Below are positions 26,500-33,557 of a stretch of 38,020 bases of DNA, piece by piece. The stretch covers positions 1 to 38,020 of IMG/VR virus record IMGVR_UViG_3300025403_000020; one strand, 5' to 3'. The notes under the pieces are model-generated. The model did no database searches and was not told where the DNA came from. It saw only the letters and a program-made list of their open reading frames with translations. Source of the DNA: a virus (taxonomy: Duplodnaviria; Caudoviricetes). The first letter of the stretch is position 1, and the number at the start of each line of letters is the position of its first letter. The translations under genes and the position numbers were made by a program.

Positions 26500-27678
26500 A
26501 TGCAAGTACAAATTTCTAATGGATCCGCTTGGAATGCAATAAGTCAAATACAGATTAGTGATGGAACTAGTTGGAATACAGTAAAAGCTGGTTATATAAG
26601 TAACGGGTCAACTTGGAATCAATTTTATTCATCTGGTTTTCAAGCTCCAGCATCAATATCAGCTACATCATCAAGCTCAACATCAATAACAGTAACATGG
26701 ACAGCATCTATTCCAGACTCAGGATATACTGTTACCTATGATGTATATAGATCTACAACTACAACTCCACCAACATCTACCTCTACCCCGTTAGTTTCGG
26801 GTATAACAGGCTTATCAGAAAATAACACAGGTGGTCTAACAACAGGAACAACATACTATTATTGGGTGAGAGCAGTTGAGACAAATGGAACTACAACAAA
26901 TAAAACATCTTGGACGGGTCCAGCAAGTGCTATCCCAGTAGCTTTAAATCCTGCTTTAACTCCAGCTTTATCAATAACATCAAGTACATCAACTGGTTTT
27001 ACTATTTATTTAAGTAATTATGATGCAACGTATACATGGGGAATGTCAATAACCGCTGGAAGTGGAAGTATTAGCCCCTCAACCATTACTGGAAATGGAT
27101 ATTATGTTGTGACCACATCTGGTTCTGCAACAGTTACTGTCACTACAACAAAAGCAGGTTCTTATGGAGGATCAGCTTCAATTACAGGATCAGCTTCAGT
27201 ATTGACTATTACTGCATCCACAGGCTCTTCAGCAGGATCATTTAGTGCATCTTGGTCAAATCCGCCTGCTGGAACAGCTAAATATAATGTTACTGCAGCG
27301 GGATCAGGAAGCGGTTCCTTGCTCCCTAGTTATCATCTATTAGGAACAACTGTAACTTCACAAGCTTGGACTAATGGAACCCCTAGCACAACATATACTA
27401 TATATGTAGATGCTTTAAATTCTGGAGGAGCAATTATACAAAGTGCAACTCCTGTATCAGTTGTTTCTGGTGCATCCAGCCCACCGCCACCTCCACCTCC
27501 TGCAAGCCCACCTCCTGCAAGCCCACCTCCTGCAAGCCCACCTCCTGCAAGCCCACCTCCTGCAAGCCCACCTCCTCCACCACCAGGATGTAACTGTATT
27601 CCAAACGTATGTGTGGGAGGAAGTTGTTGTGTTACCTGTGGCTGCTTGTGTGTAAGTGGTGCTTGTAAGGCTTGTTAA
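26500..27678 (+). CDS. Putative tail-tip protein: triple ISxGxxWN repeat, FN3-like domains, Pro-rich stalk, Cys-rich C-terminus
   Basis: FN3 motifs (SITVTW..YDVYRS..GLTTGTTYYYWVRAV), (PPPAS)5, and 10 Cys in the last 30 aa. Confidence 0.75.
   Translation: MQVQISNGSAWNAISQIQISDGTSWNTVKAGYISNGSTWNQFYSSGFQAPASISATSSSSTSITVTWTASIPDSGYTVTYDVYRSTTTTPPTSTSTPLVSGITGLSENNTGGLTTGTTYYYWVRAVETNGTTTNKTSWTGPASAIPVALNPALTPALSITSSTSTGFTIYLSNYDATYTWGMSITAGSGSISPSTITGNGYYVVTTSGSATVTVTTTKAGSYGGSASITGSASVLTITASTGSSAGSFSASWSNPPAGTAKYNVTAAGSGSGSLLPSYHLLGTTVTSQAWTNGTPSTTYTIYVDALNSGGAIIQSATPVSVVSGASSPPPPPPPASPPPASPPPASPPPASPPPASPPPPPPGCNCIPNVCVGGSCCVTCGCLCVSGACKAC
27493..27576 (+). repeat. Perfect 15-bp tandem repeat CCACCTCCTGCAAGC x5 plus 9-bp partial
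   Basis: Copies start at 27493, 27508, 27523, 27538 and 27553. Each encodes PPPAS. Confidence 0.97.
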
Positions 27679-27685
27679 AATAAAA

Positions 27686-27715
27686 TTGACTAAAGATTTT
27701 ACTTAATGATATAAT
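27686..27715 (+). promoter_or_regulatory. Sigma70/SigA-type promoter TTGACT-N18-TATAAT with extended -10
   Basis: TTGACT 27686-27691 and TGATATAAT 27707-27715, followed by an AAGGAG RBS. Confidence 0.8.
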
Positions 27716-27732
27716 AAAAAAAAGGAGAAAAG

Positions 27733-27948
27733 TTGACTATCAGAAAAATTGTTTATTTAAATAAAGATAATGTAGTTATTGCTGCATTTAATTTTAATGA
27801 TGAAGATCCAATAGATCAGCCATTTTTAGCGGGTTTAGATTCAGGTGCAAAATGGTTTGAAATAGATCATTCAGCTCCCGCAAATTTTGGATGGAAATAT
27901 GATGGTCAAAATTTAATTGATCCAGATGGGAAAGTGTGGACTAATTAA
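27733..27948 (+). CDS. Small protein with GWxYDG motif (possible tail-fibre assembly/accessory protein), paralog 1
   Basis: TTG start with AAGGAG RBS. C-terminal GWKYDGQNLIDP. Confidence 0.6.
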   Translation: MTIRKIVYLNKDNVVIAAFNFNDEDPIDQPFLAGLDSGAKWFEIDHSAPANFGWKYDGQNLIDPDGKVWTN

Positions 27949-27949
27949 A

Positions 27950-28156
27950 ATGGCTATGAAAAAATTAATTTTAGTTGTTGAAGAAGATGTCTGTGCATAT
28001 CTTGAGTTTGATGACAGCTTTCCCATTAATACCAATAATGTAATAGATTTTACAAATGATCCAATAATGATGGAAGTTGATCTTTCCGTAGAAGTTAGAA
28101 GAGGCTGGGTTTATGATGGAACTAAGTTTTATAACCCACTAGATAAGGTAAATTAA
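27950..28156 (+). CDS. Small protein with GWxYDG motif, paralog 2
   Basis: ATG 1 nt after the upstream stop, more plausible than the 27917 start. C-terminal GWVYDGTKFYNP. Alignable with paralog 1. Confidence 0.6.
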   Translation: MAMKKLILVVEEDVCAYLEFDDSFPINTNNVIDFTNDPIMMEVDLSVEVRRGWVYDGTKFYNPLDKVN

Positions 28157-28393
28157 ATGACAGAGAAAAGTGCTTGGCAAAAATATAAAGAAAAAATGGG
28201 AGACACCAGACCTTGGGATTTGATTAATCCTAATACAGATTGGGCTGAAGAGGAAGACTCTGCTAAACGATACGAAATCTGTAAAGTATGCCCAGAATTA
28301 ATCAATTTAACTAAACAGTGTAAGCAATGTGGTTGCATTATGACTTTGAAGACAAAATTACAGGAAGCAAAATGCCCATTGGGTAAATGGTAA
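28157..28393 (+). CDS. Small Cys-rich protein (DUF6171-like)
   Basis: R..IC..C.......C..CGC....K......CP..KW pattern. Confidence 0.7.
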   Translation: MTEKSAWQKYKEKMGDTRPWDLINPNTDWAEEEDSAKRYEICKVCPELINLTKQCKQCGCIMTLKTKLQEAKCPLGKW

Positions 28394-28397
28394 ACAA

Positions 28398-29375
28398 ATG
28401 TATATTTCTATAGCATCCTATAGAGATAGTTTTTTACAATCTACAATAGATTCAGCATTTTGTAATGCTGATAATCCAGAAAATTTAATAGTTGGATGTT
28501 TTATATCTGTATTAAAAGAAGATCCAGATGCAAATAAGTTTATAATCTCTAATGATTATAATGGGAGGGTAAAGTCAGAAGTGATAACCGCTGGGGACTT
28601 CTTTAGTGTTACTAAATGTAGAAATAAAGCTTTACAATGGTTATTGCCATCCCACGAATATGTTTTACAAATAGACTCTCACACTAGATTTGAGCAAGGC
28701 TGGGATTCAAAATTAATAAATTCTTATAAACAAACAAATAATGATAAATGTATATTAAGTTGCTACATACCTGGATGGTGGATAGATGATTTTGATCAAG
28801 AAGTATATGATGAAATTGATTTAAATAAAAAGTTTTATTATATAGATTATAATAATAGTCCTTCAAAAAAAGCTTTTTTTAGTTCATATGAGTTAGTCCC
28901 AGATATAAGCTTGAAAGATAAATCTGAAAATGCCCCTGTAAAAACTTGGGGTATGTGCGGTCATTTTATTTTTAGTAATGTTGATTACTTTTTAAATACT
29001 ATTCAATCTGAATGGATCCAATTTTGGGGGGAAGAGTTGTATGCAAGCCTTGTTGCTTTCACTAGCGGTTGGGATGTATATTATCCAGAATATATACCTA
29101 TTAGGCATTTATATCCTCAAGATATTTCTGAAAATATGAGTATAAAATATTTTAATAATCCAGATGGACCAAATAGAATATGGAAAGATTTTAGTGACAT
29201 ATGGTTTAATAAAATTAAAGACTCAACAGATAAAGTTATTGATGCTATTTTAGAAAAAAGAATTGGTGGGAGCTATCTGGGGGACAAGCGTTCTCTTGAT
29301 GATTTGTATAAAATGATAGGTTATGATATTGGTAAGTTAATAGAAAGTTGGAGAGATGAATACAGAAACAGATAA
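28398..29375 (+). CDS. Glycosyltransferase, GT-A fold, GT60 / Pfam GlcNAc-like (Skp1-hydroxyproline GlcNAc-transferase family)
   Basis: SIASYRD at the N-terminus, LQIDSHTRF..GWD (DxH metal-binding motif), FWGEE, and a downstream H (IRHLY). Confidence 0.82.
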   Translation: MYISIASYRDSFLQSTIDSAFCNADNPENLIVGCFISVLKEDPDANKFIISNDYNGRVKSEVITAGDFFSVTKCRNKALQWLLPSHEYVLQIDSHTRFEQGWDSKLINSYKQTNNDKCILSCYIPGWWIDDFDQEVYDEIDLNKKFYYIDYNNSPSKKAFFSSYELVPDISLKDKSENAPVKTWGMCGHFIFSNVDYFLNTIQSEWIQFWGEELYASLVAFTSGWDVYYPEYIPIRHLYPQDISENMSIKYFNNPDGPNRIWKDFSDIWFNKIKDSTDKVIDAILEKRIGGSYLGDKRSLDDLYKMIGYDIGKLIESWRDEYRNR

Positions 29376-30096
29376 TTATTTTTTAGACTTTTATCATTTA
29401 GCACCAGAAGAAAATCGTTTAAAAATAGAGCAAGCACCAGTAACAAGAAAATGGATGGATGACACCAGTATGGGGTATGCCTATCGTTGCTTGCCAATGA
29501 CTTATGCAAATAGACACGGATGGTGCGTTAGGTTAGAACAAGACGTTGAAGTTGTTTGGGGCGGTGAAGGTAATTCAGAATCAACAACGATTATTTGCGG
29601 TAGAGATCAAAAAGGATTTAGAATGGCGGACAACGGCACTGGAAATGGAATAGTCACTTTTCATTTAAATGCCGTACCTAGAACATCTCCTGATTTTAAT
29701 TTATGGATAATGGGAGCACCAAATCTTGTAATACCAGGGGCATCACCTTTAAGTGGAGTTGTTGAGTCAGATTGGATGTTTAGTTCACCAACTTCAAATT
29801 GGAAGATTACAGAACCTAACAAGCTTGTTGTTTTTAAAAAAGGAGATCCCGTAATATTTTTTATTCCAATACATAAAACAGAATTAGAAAAATTTAAAAT
29901 TACTCATCATGAATTATCTGAAAATGAAGAAATGCATAAGCATTTTGTAGAACATGCTGCGTGGAGACATGAAACAGAAAGTAAGGGTGAATCTGTTTTT
30001 GGAAAGATGTATTTGCGGGGGGTTAATCCTGATGGGAATAAACCTAAATCAGAACATTTGCATAAAACAAGACTTCATCTAGACAAAGAAAACTAA
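29356..30096 (+). CDS. DUF6065-like protein
   Basis: RKWMD...AYRCLPMTYANRHGW, GNGIVTF, PLSGVVESDW, NWKIT....VFKKGDP..F.IP motifs. Confidence 0.75.
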   Translation: MNTETDNYFLDFYHLAPEENRLKIEQAPVTRKWMDDTSMGYAYRCLPMTYANRHGWCVRLEQDVEVVWGGEGNSESTTIICGRDQKGFRMADNGTGNGIVTFHLNAVPRTSPDFNLWIMGAPNLVIPGASPLSGVVESDWMFSSPTSNWKITEPNKLVVFKKGDPVIFFIPIHKTELEKFKITHHELSENEEMHKHFVEHAAWRHETESKGESVFGKMYLRGVNPDGNKPKSEHLHKTRLHLDKEN

Positions 30097-30108
30097 CTAT
30101 GATATAAT
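30080..30108 (+). promoter_or_regulatory. Promoter TAGACA-N17-TATAAT with extended -10
   Basis: TAGACAAAGA...TGATATAAT. The same arrangement recurs at 37801-37829. Confidence 0.75.
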
Positions 30109-30132
30109 GAAAAAAGAAGAAAAGAGTCTAAA

Positions 30133-30417
30133 ATGGATAAAGCTGAATTAATTATAACTGCTCTACAACAACGTATTGGAGAGTTAGTATCAAACTATGA
30201 AACACAATTTGCTGTTTTAAGAGCAGAGATAACTCAGTTGTCTGAGCAAGATAAAGAGAAGAATAAAGTTATAGAAGATTATACTCAAGCTCTTAAGCAA
30301 AAGTCTGATAATGAAGAAATTTATTTAAATGAAAAAGAAGCACTTCACACGAGAATTAGAGAATTAGAGAAGGTTAATGAAACTACTAAAAAGAATACTT
30401 CAAAAACCACAAAATAA
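30133..30417 (+). CDS. Hypothetical coiled-coil protein
   Basis: Heptad-like charged sequence, downstream of a promoter. Confidence 0.65.
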   Translation: MDKAELIITALQQRIGELVSNYETQFAVLRAEITQLSEQDKEKNKVIEDYTQALKQKSDNEEIYLNEKEALHTRIRELEKVNETTKKNTSKTTK

Positions 30418-30769
30418 AATATATAGTCCTTTAGTTCCTAGTGGGTTAATTGCTCATACTGAAAAGGGTTATTTTTATATTAAAGGGCTTAAAAAATTTA
30501 AATTTGTCTCTGAGAGGGCTATGCTCTCTTGGAATCTCCCCGTAATTTCTACCACAGATGATAAGTTGAGTGAATTTAAACTGTTTGGTACATTAGGTTT
30601 TAGGGACGGGACTTTGATAAAAGACATATCTGATGGTAAAATATACCTAGTAAGTGATTCAAAGCGTCGTCATGTAACTGATCCAGATGTGCTAGAATGG
30701 CTTAATACAGATATAGTCAAGGCAAGTCAGAAAGAAGTCTTGATTCATGAAGAAGGAGATAAACTCTAA
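30377..30769 (+). CDS. Hypothetical protein with two internal repeats
   Basis: SGLIAHTEKGYFYIKGLKKFKFVS..W and DGTLIKDISDGKIYLVSDSKRRHVT..W align loosely. Confidence 0.6.
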   Translation: MKLLKRILQKPQNKIYSPLVPSGLIAHTEKGYFYIKGLKKFKFVSERAMLSWNLPVISTTDDKLSEFKLFGTLGFRDGTLIKDISDGKIYLVSDSKRRHVTDPDVLEWLNTDIVKASQKEVLIHEEGDKL

Positions 30770-31197
30770 TGGCTGGCGGACTAGTATTACCTACAGATAA
30801 TGCAGTAATTGATTATAGTATTATATCTCAAATTATTGCAGCACTTAATCAACAGCAGAGTCAGATAAACACACTCAACACAAGTTTAGGGCTTAGTTCC
30901 ACTAATACTGGAACAATTTCTTCAACTGGTACTGCATCAAGTACAACAGGCATTATGGTATCTGTTGGTGGATCACAAGCTCCTGATGGCGGTGCTGCCA
31001 CTGGCACAAGCTTTACTGTAAAATTTCCTATAGGTGGAAAAATTAATCATCTTTCATCAATAACTGGAGTTGCATATGCAGGTGCTTCAACAGCAGTGTC
31101 ATGTTGGCTAATTTCAATACAAGGTGGAACACAAGTGGTTTTCAAAACAAGTGCTCCAGCAAAATATATTTATTGGACTGCGGTGGGTACAGCATAA
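30769..31197 (+). CDS. Hypothetical protein, possibly structural (coiled coil plus small beta domain)
   Basis: Coupled to both neighbours by TAATG. Ends in YIYWTAVG, like small tail-fibre C-terminal domains. Confidence 0.55.
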   Translation: MAGGLVLPTDNAVIDYSIISQIIAALNQQQSQINTLNTSLGLSSTNTGTISSTGTASSTTGIMVSVGGSQAPDGGAATGTSFTVKFPIGGKINHLSSITGVAYAGASTAVSCWLISIQGGTQVVFKTSAPAKYIYWTAVGTA

Positions 31198-31457
31198 TGT
31201 ACGATCCTATCAAAGCTTGGGCAAAGCGGGATAGGAAGGTTAGTCGTGAAGGATATGTATTGGTAAAAGTACCAGAACATCCTAAAAATTTTAAAGGCTG
31301 GTATTATGAACACCGCCTAGTAGTAGAAAAACAATTAAATAGAATTATTGAAGACTGGGAAACCATTCATCATATTAATGAAAATAAAGATGATAATAGA
31401 TTAATTAATCTATTTTTATGTTCACGTCTAGAGCATAACAAAGCACACGCTTCTTGA
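31197..31457 (+). CDS. Small HNH endonuclease
   Basis: EGYVLV..PEHP...YEHRLV.E..L.R....E.IHHINENKDDNRLINL. The ATG overlapping the previous stop is preferred over 31101. Confidence 0.85.
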   Translation: MYDPIKAWAKRDRKVSREGYVLVKVPEHPKNFKGWYYEHRLVVEKQLNRIIEDWETIHHINENKDDNRLINLFLCSRLEHNKAHAS

Positions 31458-31503
31458 CAAAATATGGATAATCGTTTTAGATTATGTATAAAGTGTGATC
31501 GTG

Positions 31504-31512
31504 TGATATAAT
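31504..31512 (+). promoter_or_regulatory. Extended -10 promoter (TGATATAAT), probably leaderless transcript
   Basis: The ATG of the HNH gene starts 6 nt after the hexamer with no SD. A TTGACA-N18-TAGATT candidate also lies at 31454-31483. Confidence 0.65.
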
Positions 31513-31518
31513 CCATAT

Positions 31519-32160
31519 ATGGGCAATAAAAAAATAATCAATGAAACAGTTGGGCAGGAAATATTAAAAGACTACCTTGACAATTTGCCCGTATTAGAGA
31601 TATACTTAAAATATAGGGAATATGCATCATCTTCAACTATAAGTAGATTTGTTAAAAGATCTATTGATAAAAAAGATATGAGGTCTTCTAAAAAAGCATT
31701 TATTTGTAATGAATGTGGAGACGGTGTATACAGAAAAGGTCAATGTGCTAAACATTATAGATTAAGTCTGGCAAAACAAAAAGGTAATTGTAATGTAGAA
31801 AATTGCAATAATTTGCAAGAAGCAAAAGGGATGTGTAGTTTACACTATCAAAGATTTTCTACTGGGAAACCTTTAATAAAAGACACCGCTTGTTGGATGA
31901 ATGCAAACGGATATATCTGTGAATATCTTCCAGATCATATTCAAGCAAATAAGGATGGTCGTGTTTTACAACATAGGAGAATTATGGCAGAACACATAGG
32001 TAGAAGACTAGAATCGTTTGAAAATGTTCATCATATTGATGGGGATAAAACAAACAATGATATACAAAATTTAGAGCTATGGGTAAAGATGCAACCATCT
32101 GGACAAAGAGTTTCAGATCTGATAGAATTTGCTAAGAGAATATTGGAGAAATATAATTGA
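31519..32160 (+). CDS. HNH homing endonuclease with Cys/His zinc-finger repeats
   Basis: C..C......G.C..HY occurs twice. QHRRIMAEHIGRRLESFENVHHIDGDKTNNDIQNLELW. Confidence 0.88.
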   Translation: MGNKKIINETVGQEILKDYLDNLPVLEIYLKYREYASSSTISRFVKRSIDKKDMRSSKKAFICNECGDGVYRKGQCAKHYRLSLAKQKGNCNVENCNNLQEAKGMCSLHYQRFSTGKPLIKDTACWMNANGYICEYLPDHIQANKDGRVLQHRRIMAEHIGRRLESFENVHHIDGDKTNNDIQNLELWVKMQPSGQRVSDLIEFAKRILEKYN

Positions 32161-32960
32161 GTAACACCTTACGCTGGATGCTTTCATCGGACCAACAATT
32201 TCCATATCAAGATGACAAGGCTATTGAACTATGGTTTAAAGTTATGAAATGGTTTAAGCCAGATGTAGTGGATTATTTGGGGGATACTGATGATCAAGCT
32301 TGTTATTCCAAATATACCGAAGGAAGATCTGCAGAGTTTTTGCAACTACACAAGAATGATAGTAAAGATCTTATTGTTCCTATGATGCGACATGAAGCAA
32401 AGGGTGCAAGAGATTTCTATGCTAAGACTAGAGAGATGCTTCCTAATGCCCAGCTATTTTCTGCATTGGGTAATCATGATATAAGAGTGTTTGATTATCT
32501 TGACAAGAAAATGCCAGAGTATCTCGTAGACATTACACCAGAATCTTTATGGGGCTTGGACAATCTTGGGTATGATTATATCTATTATAATGAATTGCCT
32601 AGACACCGTTTTGGCGATATCCATGTTCATCATGGACTTTCAATTGCAGATACAGGAGCAGTTAGAAAAGATATTGATGATTTACAGATTTCTTTAATTA
32701 GAGGACATTCACATAGAATTGCCTCCCATTTTCAAACATACGAGTTGCCACTAGAAACTGGTGGTCGTACAATTCGTGGATATGAAATTGGGCATATGTG
32801 TGATGAGAAGAGTGATGGTATGAAGTATACTCAGAATCACAACTGGCAAAAAGGTTTCGCAATCGCACATATTGAGAATGGTCAACATCCTCATGTACAG
32901 ATTGTGGAAGTTTCCCCAGACTATACATGTTTTGTTGATGGAAAACTTTTTGAAGTATAG
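32157..32960 (+). CDS. Calcineurin-like metallophosphoesterase
   Basis: SDQQ (variant DxH), GDTDD, GNHD, HHG and GHSH motifs in the canonical order. Confidence 0.85.
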   Translation: MSNTLRWMLSSDQQFPYQDDKAIELWFKVMKWFKPDVVDYLGDTDDQACYSKYTEGRSAEFLQLHKNDSKDLIVPMMRHEAKGARDFYAKTREMLPNAQLFSALGNHDIRVFDYLDKKMPEYLVDITPESLWGLDNLGYDYIYYNELPRHRFGDIHVHHGLSIADTGAVRKDIDDLQISLIRGHSHRIASHFQTYELPLETGGRTIRGYEIGHMCDEKSDGMKYTQNHNWQKGFAIAHIENGQHPHVQIVEVSPDYTCFVDGKLFEV

Positions 32961-32968
32961 TAATTAGA

Positions 32969-32977
32969 TGGTAAAAT
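32969..32977 (+). promoter_or_regulatory. Extended -10 promoter (TGGTAAAAT), probably leaderless transcript
   Basis: The ATG at 32985 lies 7 nt after the hexamer, with no SD. Confidence 0.55.
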
Positions 32978-32984
32978 ATTTACT

Positions 32985-33533
32985 ATGAAGTGTGAAATAT
33001 GTCAAAGAGAAAATGTAAAAATTGTAAAAGGTATGTGTCCAGCACATTACCAAAGATTAAGAAAAGGCCTAGACGTAAACAGTAACTTTAGGCCAAGGCT
33101 AAAAAATAAATATTGCGATGTAGTTAATTGTGAAAAGAAAATGTTTTGTTATGGTTTTTGTAAAAATCATTACAATAAATATAAGGTTTGGGGAGATCCA
33201 GTTGTTGGAAAAACAAAAGGGGTCTATTCAAAAAATAAAAAAATAGATGGAAGAGGATATGTTGTTTGGTATGATCCAAAATCAATTCATGCTGATTCAC
33301 ATGGGAAGGTCTCAGAGCACAGGCATGTTATGGGTGAGTATATTGGCAGATCTCTTTTGAATCATGAGAATGTTCATCATAAAAATGGTGACAGATCTGA
33401 CAATAGAATAGAAAATTTAGAACTGTGGTCTACATTTCAACCACCTGGTCAAAGGGTGTATGATAAATTAAAATGGGCATATGAAATAATAAATCAATAT
33501 AAAGATTTATATCCAGATGTAAAATCTGAATAA
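32985..33533 (+). CDS. HNH homing endonuclease with Cys/His zinc-finger repeats
   Basis: CEIC..KGMCPAHY, CDVVNC..GFCKNHY, EHRHVM..IGRSL..ENVHHKNGDRSDNRIENLELW. Confidence 0.88.
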   Translation: MKCEICQRENVKIVKGMCPAHYQRLRKGLDVNSNFRPRLKNKYCDVVNCEKKMFCYGFCKNHYNKYKVWGDPVVGKTKGVYSKNKKIDGRGYVVWYDPKSIHADSHGKVSEHRHVMGEYIGRSLLNHENVHHKNGDRSDNRIENLELWSTFQPPGQRVYDKLKWAYEIINQYKDLYPDVKSE

Positions 33534-33557
33534 ATTTATAAAATATAAGGAGAAAAA

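Noticed and set aside
27493-27576. Tandem repeat as a CRISPR array
   Set aside because: Head-to-tail 15-mers with no spacers, in frame within a CDS, and no cas genes nearby.
27443-27655. Alternative-frame ORF with HLLQA repeats
   Set aside because: It is the PPPAS tandem repeat read in another frame. It has no RBS and lies wholly inside a well-supported gene.
31101-31196. N-terminal extension of the small HNH ORF
   Set aside because: Overlaps the upstream gene by about 100 nt. The coupled ATG at 31197 is more plausible.
31458-33557. HNH genes as group I intron- or intein-encoded
   Set aside because: Neighbouring genes look intact and the gaps are too short and AT-rich for intron core structure. 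No intein motifs were seen in helicase or primase.
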